Source: Candidatus Poribacteria bacterium (lineage in GTDB: Bacteria > Poribacteria > WGA-4E > WGA-3G). From it: DNA of 64,000 nt. Every line of letters begins with the position of its first letter. Position 1 is the first letter of the stretch. Location: positions 3,168,001-3,232,000 of the forward strand of contig OZ240248.1 in NCBI GenBank assembly GCA_965198235.1, given 5' to 3'. Below are positions 1-10,900 of this stretch, piece by piece. The position numbers and the translations under genes were made by a program. The notes below the pieces were generated by a model. It was not told the DNA's origin. It searched no databases and saw only the letters and a list, made by a program, of their open reading frames with translations.

Positions 1-2
1 CG

Positions 3-3000
3 CTGCGTGTGCATTATTTCTTTAAAAACTTTGAAGGATTATGGGCATGTAGCAATCCAAATTGTCAAGATGGAAACGATGAAACGCCCATTGGAAAACT
101 GTTTGCGAATCGACGTGTCCTATGTGATGAGTGTGGTTCACGAGTCATGGAATTGTTAACCTGTGAAACGTGCGGGGACATCTTTCTTGGGGGATACAAA
201 CAAAAGATATCGGAAGATGCGCCAGGTTGGTATCTCAGCGGTGATTATCAAGATTTATCGGGTCTGCCTGAAAAGGGAATTAGAGATCGGAGTTATGATA
301 CCTATGCCGTTTTTTGGCAGAAGACGCAAACGCCGGTTCAAAAGAATCCTTGGACAAAAAACGGTATTAAAAGACAGTGGGCACCTGCTGTGTTTTCACA
401 TTCTGATGGGGCACTTATTCCGGATGCCTCGTCTAATGCTAACGGTTATTACTACAAAATTAATGATTCAGACGATTGGTGCTCGGAAATTCCTAAGTTT
501 TGTCCTAATTGTGGTGATTTACGGGATTACAAATCGGAAAAGATCCTTGTCAATGGAAAAGAACAAGCACCTTCCACGCTTCGAACCAGTAGAACAGGTT
601 TGCAAAAAATTATTCAAATTTTCACCCAAACCTTACAGACGACTATCAAAGAACAGTTAGATCGGAAAACGATTATCTTCTCTGATAGTCGGCAAGATGC
701 AGCGAAATATGCTGTGGGTATCCAGTGGTCGCATTACCAGGACATGATTCGGCTTATCGCTGTCGAAGCAATGAAAAGGCAGTCGGAAGATAAGGATCTG
801 GCAATCGTTCGTAATTTTCAAAATCCACGACCTGTTTTTAGAGAGTCAATTCGGCGGCTCCATAGAAGATTTCCCGATCAACGGGAATTGTTTGATTCAA
901 TTGAAGATGCTTTTTATGATGAAGAACCTTTGAAGTCTGATGATGAAAATCAACTTAGGGCACTTGGAGGCAATTATCCGTTCACGGCTCTTCAGGATGA
1001 CTGTTTTAATGCATTTATCAACCTCGGTATGAACCCTGGAGGCTATGGTAACAAAGTGGAAATCTCTCGGGAAAAGGGTAGACTGGGTACATGGATTGAG
1101 CATAAATGGGAGGAAGTCCTCAAGTGGGATGAACATCCAGTATCAATACGTCCGCCACATCTGCTTGAAAGTCATCAAAAACAACTTGTGACAAACATCC
1201 AAGCCGAATTAAAAAGAATGATAACGGAACAGCTTCTGTTCGCACGAAGAGATATGGGATTAGAGGGGCTTGGACTCGCTTGGTGTGAACCCTATACTGA
1301 TTCGGACAAATGGCAAATTAATGAAATTGATGTTTCTGAAATGATGTCCGCCGTTACCCGAATCCTTGCTGAACGCAGATATACAAGGATTTACTATCCC
1401 TATACCGACCAAATGAAAAATCCTGCGTTTCTCCGAGACTATGTCAGGAAATCAGCGGAACAAATTGGGTATCCTGAGGATGAACTCATCAGAGCAGTTG
1501 AGGAACAGCAAGAATCATCAGAGAGTTTTGAAAATTGTCTCGTTCTTGTTGAAAAACTCAATCTTCGTCTTTCCCAAGGAGACACGATCTTTCGGTGTTC
1601 CAAATGCCGGCGTAAACACCTTTACAAGGCAGGAGGAATTTGCACAAATACAGTGTGCTTGGGAAAATTGGAGGAAATTGATAAGAAGAAAGACTCGTTT
1701 GAAAAATATGGTGGTTACTACGCCATTCAAGCTGATGCAGATAGACCTGAGATTCAACCTTACCGTTTTCACTGTGAAGAATTGACGGCACAAACAGATT
1801 CAGAAGAACGTCCTACCCGGCAACGGTGGTTTCAAAATGTAATACTTGATGATGAAAATCAGAAAACGGACGAGATTGACCTACTTAGCGTGACAACAAC
1901 GATGGAAGCGGGTGTTGATATTGGTGCGCTCTCAATAGTTTTGTTGGGTAACGTTCCCCCTCAACGTTTCAATTATCAACAGCGCGTTGGGCGCGCTGGA
2001 CGGCGTGGAGAACCTGTTGCATCCTCTTTGACACTTTGCCGCCTTAGAACCCATGATGATCACTACTTTTCCCATACAGATGAAATTACAAATACCCCAA
2101 CACCCTCACCGTATCTGGACCTTCGGAGTCCGGACATTATCAGAAGGGTACTGGCGAAGGAAGTCTTGTTCCATGCTTTCCCGAAACAGTCCATTGAAAC
2201 TTTAAACGAGAGAAACGTCCACGGCGAATTTGGAAAAGTCTCAGATTGGTCTACTAATTGGGAAAAACTATCCGAATGGATCAAAACGCAACAAGGACAG
2301 ATTCAGCGAATCGTACGGGTGCTTACCGCACAAACGGAATTAGACCTCCAAAACGGGACAGATGAACTGATAAATTGGGTTACCAACGAACTTGAAACTG
2401 ATATTAACGATTGCATCGAGAATCATGAACATAAGGACGATGATTTAAGCCAAGTCCTTGCGGAATCCGGCTTGCTACCAATGTTTGGATTTCCAACAGG
2501 TGTGCGTTTATTGTATCATCAACAACCCCGTATTTCCAATTGGCCTCCAACATCAGGTGTCGTTGACCGCGACATTGAACTTGCGATCAGCCAATTTGCT
2601 CCCGGTTCAGAAACCATCAAGGATAAAAAAATCCATACCTCAATAGGTATTGTATCCTACAAACGAGAGCAAAACCAAGTCGTACCTGACAAAGGTATCG
2701 CGCATAAAAAAACGATAGGTTTCTGTGAAAATTGCAAAGCGGTTTTTGAGAATGCTGATAAAGATGATAATGTCTGTGAAATTTGTGGATATGAAAAATA
2801 TAAGCCAATTCAAGGGATTGAGCCAAAGGGATTTTTGACTAATTTCATGCCTGATGATGCCCATGAATCTTTCAATTGGACACCCCGTTCAACATATTCT
2901 CGCCTACCTTCGGACACACTTACAGACCTAAAACAGGAACGCAATTTCTTATGGGAAACAGCAGAAAAATTGAAACTGCTTTCAATTAACACGAACAGCG

Positions 3001-3914
3001 ATCGGTTGTTTACTCTGCAAAAAGTACGAAATAGCGAAGCACTTGTATCTCCTGAAGTCTGCCATGAATTGAATGTAGAACGCGATTTGGCAGAAGAAAA
3101 ATACGTAGCCGCACTTTACGCTGCTAAGACTACAGACGTTTTGTTAATCCAGGTTAACGAAATTCCAGCAGGTATTCTGCAAAATCAAGGTGAAGAATAC
3201 TGGCGAGCTGCGCTTTACTCTTTTGGGTTCCTGTTCCGACAATTTGTGGCAAGTCAACTGGATGTATCCCCTGACGAGCTGCGAGTTGAGATTCGACCCA
3301 TGCCTGTGGAAGAGGAAGGAACATACAAACAACAAATCTTCATCGCCGATGCTTTAGCAAATGGAGCAGGATACTGCCGTCATATTGGTGAGACTGATTC
3401 GGAAGGAAAACCATTCCGATTGGTTAAGTATTTACGTAATATGGTTGAGACTAAGAATGATTTTGCAAAAGGGTTGATTGCACACGGAAATGATTGCGAT
3501 TCTTCTTGTTACAACAAAGGTTGTATGCGTGATTACTCCAATATGCCTTACCATCCGTTTCTGGATTGGAGGTTAGGGCTTGATGTAGCACAGCTTTGCT
3601 TACAAGAAAACTATCAGATGGATCTCCAAAAAGACTATTGGTCTCCACTCGTAGACTTGGTTGAAAAGAACCTCAAAGAACTTCATCGAAGTCTTGACCG
3701 TAAGGATTATGACGGTATGCCTGTTTTTGAGGATCAAGAGCGGGCTTTTATTTTACATCATCCGTTGGCTGCAATCGGAGATTGGGCAGGGGCACACATT
3801 GCCTCTGTAATTGTTGATCTTGAGGACGCTGGATTTAAAGTAGGATATATTAACATTTTTGATGCTATTCGTAGGGTGAGTGTCGTGATGAATACACTGA
3901 ATGAAAAACGATAA
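3..3914 (+). CDS. DEAD/DEAH-box SF2 helicase with C-terminal DUF1998 (5' truncated by window edge)
   Basis: Frame open from the window start (LRVHYFFKN); motifs IFSDSRQDAA, TTTMEAGVDIG, NYQQRVGRAGRR; several CxxC pairs; C-terminal DALANGAGY...CDSSCY..CM.DY.N. Confidence 0.9.
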   Translation: MRVHYFFKNFEGLWACSNPNCQDGNDETPIGKLFANRRVLCDECGSRVMELLTCETCGDIFLGGYKQKISEDAPGWYLSGDYQDLSGLPEKGIRDRSYDTYAVFWQKTQTPVQKNPWTKNGIKRQWAPAVFSHSDGALIPDASSNANGYYYKINDSDDWCSEIPKFCPNCGDLRDYKSEKILVNGKEQAPSTLRTSRTGLQKIIQIFTQTLQTTIKEQLDRKTIIFSDSRQDAAKYAVGIQWSHYQDMIRLIAVEAMKRQSEDKDLAIVRNFQNPRPVFRESIRRLHRRFPDQRELFDSIEDAFYDEEPLKSDDENQLRALGGNYPFTALQDDCFNAFINLGMNPGGYGNKVEISREKGRLGTWIEHKWEEVLKWDEHPVSIRPPHLLESHQKQLVTNIQAELKRMITEQLLFARRDMGLEGLGLAWCEPYTDSDKWQINEIDVSEMMSAVTRILAERRYTRIYYPYTDQMKNPAFLRDYVRKSAEQIGYPEDELIRAVEEQQESSESFENCLVLVEKLNLRLSQGDTIFRCSKCRRKHLYKAGGICTNTVCLGKLEEIDKKKDSFEKYGGYYAIQADADRPEIQPYRFHCEELTAQTDSEERPTRQRWFQNVILDDENQKTDEIDLLSVTTTMEAGVDIGALSIVLLGNVPPQRFNYQQRVGRAGRRGEPVASSLTLCRLRTHDDHYFSHTDEITNTPTPSPYLDLRSPDIIRRVLAKEVLFHAFPKQSIETLNERNVHGEFGKVSDWSTNWEKLSEWIKTQQGQIQRIVRVLTAQTELDLQNGTDELINWVTNELETDINDCIENHEHKDDDLSQVLAESGLLPMFGFPTGVRLLYHQQPRISNWPPTSGVVDRDIELAISQFAPGSETIKDKKIHTSIGIVSYKREQNQVVPDKGIAHKKTIGFCENCKAVFENADKDDNVCEICGYEKYKPIQGIEPKGFLTNFMPDDAHESFNWTPRSTYSRLPSDTLTDLKQERNFLWETAEKLKLLSINTNSDRLFTLQKVRNSEALVSPEVCHELNVERDLAEEKYVAALYAAKTTDVLLIQVNEIPAGILQNQGEEYWRAALYSFGFLFRQFVASQLDVSPDELRVEIRPMPVEEEGTYKQQIFIADALANGAGYCRHIGETDSEGKPFRLVKYLRNMVETKNDFAKGLIAHGNDCDSSCYNKGCMRDYSNMPYHPFLDWRLGLDVAQLCLQENYQMDLQKDYWSPLVDLVEKNLKELHRSLDRKDYDGMPVFEDQERAFILHHPLAAIGDWAGAHIASVIVDLEDAGFKVGYINIFDAIRRVSVVMNTLNEKR

Positions 3915-5034
3915 TATGAAACTTCAACCACTCCCAAAACTTCAACCTATCACAAGATTGTCTCCAACACTCTTTTCAACTTTAAAACAGTGTCAGTTGA
4001 GGGCAGGATTAAGCCAAGCAAGAGCACAACGGACGACCAGAAGTTCAACAGCAGCACTGTTAGGGACGATCGCGCACCGCGTCTTAGAAAGGGCAGGTTC
4101 AATCAATGGAGATGAAGAGGATTTACGAATCCAAGCAGGAGCAATATGGGATAAGGCTGTAGAGCAAATGGAGGAAGATTTACAGACTTCACCCCTTGAC
4201 AGGAGTTTGTTGCCAATTAAAAGGTGGAAAAAATACTTCCTGTTGCAACAGCGGACCGTTCGCCGATACGAAGATATTGTATCAAGTCAGGGAAGGTCTG
4301 AAACGCAGGTTGTCGCGAGTGAACGTAAATTCGATAGTGTTAAAAATGGGTTTACTGGTAAACCTGATCTTATTCTCCGTAGAGAAATTGGTCTTGTGAT
4401 TATTGACTATAAGAGTGGCGAACTCCCTGATGATTCGGAAAGTCGGGAAGAGAAGATTGAGTTGTGGCAACACCAGATTTTGTTCTATGCCACAATTGTT
4501 AAGGAAGAATTTGGGGAATGGCCAGTGGAAGGGGAAATTAGATTACTGAACACAGAAGTAATCCCTATCCAAATTGACCGACAAAAAGCGGTCGCACTTG
4601 TAGAGGAAGTTCAGGCTTTAAAAGGAAATTATAACGCGAAAATTGCTGCAGGAGTGCCACTTTCAGAATTGGCACAATATTCTGTCGACAATTGTAGATT
4701 CTGCGAATTTAAAGGAGTTTGCGGCACATTCTGGAAAGAAAATCCACAGCCTGTTCCGGGAACCGACAAGTATGGATATTTGAGCGGTCGAGTCTTAAGG
4801 CTTACAATTGGTCAAAATAACAGACACTCTATAGTAATTGCCTCCGAAAAATTGGGCGAAACCTCACAGGAATGGCAAATTTCAGGTTTGTCAACTGAAC
4901 AATTTGGGAATTTAGAAGAACTGGGGCAAGGAACTCTTGTTCGATTGATTAATTTTAAAATAGAATCTGATGGATCCTACCGGGCAAAACCGACTCAAGA
5001 TTCTGTAATTTGGGAAGTTCCAGAGAGTTTCTGA
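3901..5034 (+). CDS. PD-(D/E)XK nuclease, RecB/Cas4-like, with probable Fe-S cysteines
   Basis: LSPT...C, GTIAHRVLE, GKPDLI...IIDYKSG, Q..FYA and CRFCEFKGVC motifs; start overlaps or abuts the helicase stop (alternative ATG at 3916). Confidence 0.85.
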   Translation: MKNDNMKLQPLPKLQPITRLSPTLFSTLKQCQLRAGLSQARAQRTTRSSTAALLGTIAHRVLERAGSINGDEEDLRIQAGAIWDKAVEQMEEDLQTSPLDRSLLPIKRWKKYFLLQQRTVRRYEDIVSSQGRSETQVVASERKFDSVKNGFTGKPDLILRREIGLVIIDYKSGELPDDSESREEKIELWQHQILFYATIVKEEFGEWPVEGEIRLLNTEVIPIQIDRQKAVALVEEVQALKGNYNAKIAAGVPLSELAQYSVDNCRFCEFKGVCGTFWKENPQPVPGTDKYGYLSGRVLRLTIGQNNRHSIVIASEKLGETSQEWQISGLSTEQFGNLEELGQGTLVRLINFKIESDGSYRAKPTQDSVIWEVPESF

Positions 5035-5053
5035 TACGCTCACGCATTTTAAT

Positions 5054-5083
5054 TTGACAAACCATTAACCCTTGTGGTATCCT
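5054..5083 (+). promoter_or_regulatory. sigma70-type promoter for the ankyrin gene
   Basis: TTGACA (5054-5059), 18 nt spacer, TGn extended -10, TATCCT (5078-5083). Confidence 0.6.
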
Positions 5084-5090
5084 ATTATTA

Positions 5091-5212
5091 GGTTCACAAG
5101 GAAACCTCCAGTCCGCGGGAAGGGTCCAACCTGCCTTGTTTCTACCGAACAACTCAAATCTTCTTTCTTTGCCTGTAAATGCGGACGATAGGTGTAACGA
5201 GAGGAGATTCTC
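5091..5212 (+). ncRNA. Candidate structured 5' leader RNA (pseudoknot)
   Basis: GTCCGC 5111-5116 is complementary to GCGGAC 5181-5186, which lies in the loop of hairpin GCCTGT/ATAGGT; CCTCC anti-SD at 5105-5109. Confidence 0.4.
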
Positions 5213-6748
5213 ATGCAACATAAGCAATTTCCCCCCAATCCGAGCCTTGAACATCTTAAGTCCCAAGCCAAGCAGCTCCTTAAGGCGCATAAGGAAGGCT
5301 CTCCTGATGTGCTCCAGCGTATTCGTTCATTTTTTCCAAAACTCTCCGATGCCACAGACGCAGAAATCCAGGATGCCGCATTCGGTTTGCAAGACGCACA
5401 ACTCGTCATTGCCCATGAATATGGGTTCGCAAGTTGGACGCGTTTAAAGGAAGAGATCCTGCATCAGGAACGAGAGACGGAATCAACATCCGCCGAAGAC
5501 CTCTTGTTCCAAATACTCCGCACCTCCGATCTAACGCAGGCGGATATTCAACGCGTAGACGATCTGCTAACTGCCGACCCCTCGCTTGTCTCTGTGAGAG
5601 ATGAGAGCGGACGAACACCGATCCAAGCCCTCGCTTCTCGCAAAATCATAGATTTCGGCAAAGAGCAGTGGTATAATCCGATACGGCAACTCTATCAGCT
5701 CCTTAGGGAACATGGGGCAGAAACGAATATCGTCGCGGCGATTCGAATGGATGACCGTGAACAGGTTCAAGCGGACATCAGAAACAACTCCCAAGTGCTT
5801 AAGCAAGGGTTTGACATTCCGGGGAACTGGCGGGGCATGAACCTCCTTGCAGTTGCCGCGGGATGCGCTCGCACAGAGATCGCCAAAATCCTGATTGAAG
5901 CAGATCCGTCGTTGGTGACGGGAGGACAGGCTGAAGGTAAAGCCCCGATGGATTTACTCGTGAAACCGTGGCACCACTCCGCTTTTGACGTTGAGCCGCG
6001 AAAACCGCTCTACGACCTCTTGATTGAAAACGGGGCAGTGCCGAATTTAGGTGCCGCAATTATAATGGATGATGAGGTCAGAGTTGTAGAATACATCTGG
6101 AGCGACCCCAAGCTGTTTGCGCAGCAGTTTGTTTGTGGCAATCAGATTGTATTTCGCCCCATTGAAATCGCTGCGGCTTATGGGCACGACTTCATCCTTG
6201 GTGTTCTGTGTAATCTCGCATCGGCGCACGAAGTAGACATTACACAGGATTTAGCATCCGCCTTGACGCAAACCTTTGCTTTGGACGTAACGGAACGACT
6301 GCTTGAAGCCACTAAACCATCAGCTCCAGTTTTGACGAATGCCCTTGCTTTTGCATGTGAGGTATATCAGCCTGAAAAAGTTCTCTTGTTGCTCAAATAC
6401 GGTGCCGATCCGAGCGCGCCCTTTAAGGCGAAGTTTCGCTACGATGTTGGGCAGAACTTGAAGCCGAGTGACAATGCGTCTGTACACATAGAGATGTCTC
6501 CGCTCCTTGTGGCGATTGGGACGTGGTATGGGGTGAGAGAGTCGGTACCCGCACTCGACGAATGTCTGGAAATCGTTGAAGCACTCCTCGAAGCGGGGGC
6601 AGATTTGCATCGGAGTTATAGGGTGGATATAGATGGTGAGATTTTGGAGCTGACACCGCTGACGTATACACAGAAACTCGCGTCCTTGTTCCCGGATAAG
6701 CCGTTTAAAAGGATAATCGAAGTTCTCTCCGCAGGTGATGCAACTTGA
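5213..6748 (+). CDS. Ankyrin-repeat protein with N-terminal LEHLKSQAK...AQLVIAHEYGFASW module
   Basis: SD GAGGAG; repeats such as GRTPIQAL, LLAVAA, LLLLKYGADP, LLEAGADL. Confidence 0.8.
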   Translation: MQHKQFPPNPSLEHLKSQAKQLLKAHKEGSPDVLQRIRSFFPKLSDATDAEIQDAAFGLQDAQLVIAHEYGFASWTRLKEEILHQERETESTSAEDLLFQILRTSDLTQADIQRVDDLLTADPSLVSVRDESGRTPIQALASRKIIDFGKEQWYNPIRQLYQLLREHGAETNIVAAIRMDDREQVQADIRNNSQVLKQGFDIPGNWRGMNLLAVAAGCARTEIAKILIEADPSLVTGGQAEGKAPMDLLVKPWHHSAFDVEPRKPLYDLLIENGAVPNLGAAIIMDDEVRVVEYIWSDPKLFAQQFVCGNQIVFRPIEIAAAYGHDFILGVLCNLASAHEVDITQDLASALTQTFALDVTERLLEATKPSAPVLTNALAFACEVYQPEKVLLLLKYGADPSAPFKAKFRYDVGQNLKPSDNASVHIEMSPLLVAIGTWYGVRESVPALDECLEIVEALLEAGADLHRSYRVDIDGEILELTPLTYTQKLASLFPDKPFKRIIEVLSAGDAT

Positions 6749-6813
6749 TGTGGGTTTGACTTAAGGGTTTACTAAGCTTTGGACAATCCGTATCACATTG
6801 CGGATGAGCGGAA

Positions 6814-6867
6814 ACACAGGCTAACAGCCTATGCTACACAGAGACACAGGCTAACAGCTTATGCTGC
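6814..6867 (+). repeat. Two tandem copies (30-bp period) of ACACAGGCTAACAGCyTATGCTrC
   Basis: Copies start at 6814 and 6844; each contains a GGCT-AAC-AGCy hairpin. Confidence 0.85.
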
Positions 6868-6939
6868 AAAGGGGGCAACTTGCGTTAGGAATTAGCAAAA
6901 CCTGTGAGTCTTTAGAGGAATCGGGGGAATCCGTAGAGG

Positions 6940-7038
6940 AAACACCCTATCAATACGCAGAAATACCCAAGCAAAAACACCCCAAGCAATACGCAGAAAC
7001 ACCCTATCAAAAACACCCCCAGCAAAAACACCCCTCCT
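6940..7038 (+). repeat. C/A-rich dispersed repeat (AATACGCAGAAACACCC / AAGCAAAAACACCCC units)
   Basis: Same units at 31972-32030 and, inverted, at 18891-18935. Confidence 0.8.
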
Positions 7039-7099
7039 ACACAGGTTTAGCGATTTTAGGCATGAGGAATTGTTATGGATCCGGGGTTGGATAGTCATA

Positions 7100-7921
7100 C
7101 TATTCAAGAATGCGCCATTCCCCGCTTTCTCGGAGTTCCAAGACGAAAATCATGCGTCCTGATGGATTGGACAGCCCATGCGCTGTAGAGGCGAGTTTGA
7201 GGTCGTAATCATAGTCAACTATAGCGAGCGTCTCACTCAAGAATTCGATATCTCCATTCTTAGAAAGACTCAGGTCGATGGTATGGTTGGCCTCGAACAT
7301 GTTCAATGCCCCTTCACGCTCCTGTGAACCGCCCCGAAATATTATATCATCACCGAGATTATCGGGTGTGCCCATATCACTGACATAGAAGAAGCCGTCA
7401 TCCGATATCGCGGACATATATCCTTCAATATCGTGAGTTTCGAGACTATTTCTCCATTGTTCCTCAATCACGGAGTTTATCACGGATTTCTCTAAATCGT
7501 AGTCGATTTCATCATCTTCTACATTGAAATTCTCCTGTTCTATTTCCTCAGTAGTATCCTCCTCAAGGATCGAAGAAAGCCATGCTTGAAATTCTCTGAT
7601 TTCATCATCGTTGCTCTGAGCCGTGGGCACGCTTTCTGGAACAGGAGGCGTTTCCATCTTAGAAAGCTCAATGTTTGTATCTTCTTGTGGTGTGTCCGTT
7701 ACCGTTTCATCGACGACTGTTTCTGGTATGTTTTTGACGAAAGGAGACATAGTGATTCGCCGACTCACTGGCCTTCGGGAATCGGAATTCCCTCCTACGA
7801 CGACATGTTGTGGTTCCTCTACGTCAGGCGACTGGACTTTCAGCACTTGAAACCCAATGAAACCGACAACAAGAATGCCAACGATACCAATGATGATTTT
7901 GGTGTTCGTTGCTACTTTCAC
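7100..7921 (-). CDS. Membrane-anchored protein with C-terminal NTF2/SnoaL-like domain
   Basis: GTG start at 7921 with AGGAGG SD; N-terminal hydrophobic helix; acidic linker; DIEGYMS...WRILE ending. Confidence 0.65.
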   Translation of the reverse strand: MKVATNTKIIIGIVGILVVGFIGFQVLKVQSPDVEEPQHVVVGGNSDSRRPVSRRITMSPFVKNIPETVVDETVTDTPQEDTNIELSKMETPPVPESVPTAQSNDDEIREFQAWLSSILEEDTTEEIEQENFNVEDDEIDYDLEKSVINSVIEEQWRNSLETHDIEGYMSAISDDGFFYVSDMGTPDNLGDDIIFRGGSQEREGALNMFEANHTIDLSLSKNGDIEFLSETLAIVDYDYDLKLASTAHGLSNPSGRMIFVLELRESGEWRILE

Positions 7922-7970
7922 GAAGACCTCCTGAAATCGATTCGCAAGCGTTGCGAATTTCGCGTCACAG

Positions 7971-10900
7971 CTACTTCCGCACGGCGATTTTTCCGACCTT
8001 TTGTTTCCGGACATCCCCTTTGCGAGCGGTAAATTTGTAGAGGTAAACCCCATTCGCAAGCGGTTCGCCGTCACCGTCGTAACCATCATAGTAGAATTCG
8101 TTGAAAGAGACGGACGCATCGAGTGTGTCAATGGCGATAATGCGGCGACCTGTAATCGTGTAGATTTTCAGACTGACCTCGTCTGCACTTTCCGTGAGGT
8201 AATAAGCGAAATGCGTGCCGCTTCCCGGTACAAATGGATTCGGGAAGTTGGCAATATTTTTGATTTCAAATTCCCCAGCTACAGTCGCAGTGCGATCGGT
8301 GTCTGAGATATTGCCGTTTGCGTCCTGTGCCTGTAACCGGATGCGGTATTCGCCGGGTTCCAAGACAGGGGTATAGGTGATCAGGAGTAAGTTATTGTTC
8401 GTAGGAGATGCCGCAATTACATATTCGTCTTGCGACACGTTTTCACCGTTTTTGGTGAGGATTATATTCTCCGGACGTGAATCAATCCCGTTTGCATCCT
8501 CAATCTGTGCCGAGATGGTTGGTGTATCAGAGACATAGTCGCCATCTACGAAACCTTGGTGGTCAAAGGTTAACGCAAGTGCGGGTGGACTTGTGTCACT
8601 GTGTGAGAGCAGAGCAAATGTCCCGGGCAGTTTTACCTCCGCAGAGATAAGGTCTCCACTCGTTGTTGCCTCGCCGACCCGAATCCAATTTCCGTTGTCA
8701 TTGTCCCGCCGATAGATATGGGCATCGCCGTTCCTTTCTTTTTGGAAAGTGGCGGTTACTGTCAGTGTAGGAGGGGTTTGCAACCCCGATTCCTCCAAGT
8801 CAAATTGATAGGCGAGTGCCGATGTTGAGAGTGCCGCTGTAATATCGGGCTGATTTGTAATGGTAAGGGCTTCTTCGGCATAAGTCAGAACGGTACTCGT
8901 TTGCACACTGCCGGACGGAACAGCGATACGAAAGATACCGTCTGGACTCTGAATCGGTTGATCGAGCGTTTCGGGTGTAAGAATAATACGGTTGCCCGAA
9001 AACCGCCGCGATGTCCAGTTATTCCTTTCACGTTCTTCAATGATACTTCCCTGTGGGTGTTCGGCGGATGGTGGATCTACGTAGACGGTGACGAGATATT
9101 CACCAGGGGGTGGTTGCCAAGGAACATGGACGACAACTTGGCTACCGGGTAGAACTTCGGGAAGTATTTGGAGATCCCCGATTGGAGTAGCGTTCTGGAG
9201 TTCTTGGAGTATCGCCGCAACGCTGACGTTTGTATTGGTGGGGGTATCGGTGTTACCGCTCAACGCTTTTACAAAGAACTGAACGGGTACGTTTCGAGCT
9301 GTTTGGTTCTCTCGGTTTCGGACTTGTGCTGAGAGTGTAAACGGAGGTGTTGTGTCCCATGTAAGGGTTTGATCCAAAACGACGAGGTCAATGTCAATTT
9401 CATCATATCCTACATCGTAGGTGACTAACTCTGTGTGAAATGTTCGCCCACTTTTAACTTTGATCTCGGCGTAATAATCGATAATTTCTCCGTAGGGATA
9501 TCCCGGAATAGGTCGCTCGCTTCTGTAGGTGGTGCCGGTATGCGGCACAACAGGAATCGTGAAAAATTCGTGACCATCCAGACTCCAAAACAGCGTCATT
9601 TCGTCAATAGCATTTTCGTCGGCGACTTCTACGTAAAGGTGCGCCGGTTGGTTCGGTGCAACAGGAAACGGAACAAGGCGTACGTTATTGACATATCGAG
9701 ATAGGATGTTGTAGGTTGCATGCCCCAAAGCCTCTTCATCTGCATTCCATGCGTAAATCTGGACAGCACCGACATCAAAGTCAGGATCAGCAGAGACTCG
9801 TATTTCTGTGCTAACCTGTCCATTGACGATAGAAACGATTTCCGGTTTCAGTTTTATGTTTTTTGAGATTGCGGTTTCAGTTGTCGGAACAACGGTAATT
9901 TCGGCATCTCCACTAAAGTTCCGATCGGGTAGCGTTCCAGAAACGGAGAGAAGGGTATCTCCTTGAGAAGCGTTTCGCCCTTGCTCGGCACTGATGTCGG
10001 CTGTGACTTGTATTTTGTTGCTCGGTATTTTCAAGTTTGTCGCTGGATCCCCGAAAAGCGTGAAGACCTCGGCGAGATCGAGGAATCTGGGTGTGTTGAT
10101 GAGGAACTGGGTTTTTGCCTGCGCAAGGATGGCACCGAAGTTGTACATTTCTTTGTTGAAGATAACGTCAAAAATTTCGGCGTTCAGATAATAGTCGCCA
10201 TCAAGCAGTCCGATACTGGTTGCGCCGATGACAGCGACGGCACCGCCATTTTCGGAGCGGAGGAGTTCTTCAGCGAGACTGTTTTTGTTCCCGTCAAACG
10301 AGCCGGTATAGCAGGTCATGCTGATAACCAAGGGGAGTTGTGAAATATTGGTTAAGTTCTGTTCCGGGTCTGCAAAGTCGAGCATCCGACTGGAAGCCCA
10401 TCTACCGCCACCGCCGTGTCCGATATAGTTGACGATACTGGCTCCGTCGTTAAAGCCGTCGATAACCCGTCTACCGATAGGTGTGAGGATATTGTCGTCG
10501 CTCAAAGTCGGTTCGTCCGTATGGGGCGCGTAGATACGTTGGGTTTCGTATCTGCCAATCAGCTGATTGTGGGAAATGAGTTGGGTGGTTTGCCAGTGGA
10601 ATCTCAAATCTGATCCTGCGAGCATGAGGAACCGCTTATGCCAAGAACCGACTGGCGCAGATGTCTCGTAGTTGATGGTGCGTTCGATAAATATGCGGAG
10701 ATCCACGCGATTATTAGCCGGCATTCTACCGATGAGCATGTCTGGAAAACTATCTTCTCCTCGAAATGTAACGAATTGGTGGTCCGATGCACCCGATCCG
10801 TAGCCTGGGATTTGCACCTGGATCGTTGGGACAAAATTGGGTTTATTTTTAATGTCGATATTTGTATCGCCTATGAGAAAGACATAGGTCGGAGCAGGAG

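Noticed and set aside
6814-7038. CRISPR array near the Cas4-like nuclease
   Set aside because: Only two copies with a 6-nt gap, plus low-complexity units without unique spacers; no cas1/cas2
6861-7094. Small ORFs over repeats (also 23651-23948, 24586-25044, 28099-28456, 57904-58164)
   Set aside because: They translate intergenic repeat DNA and show no protein-family features
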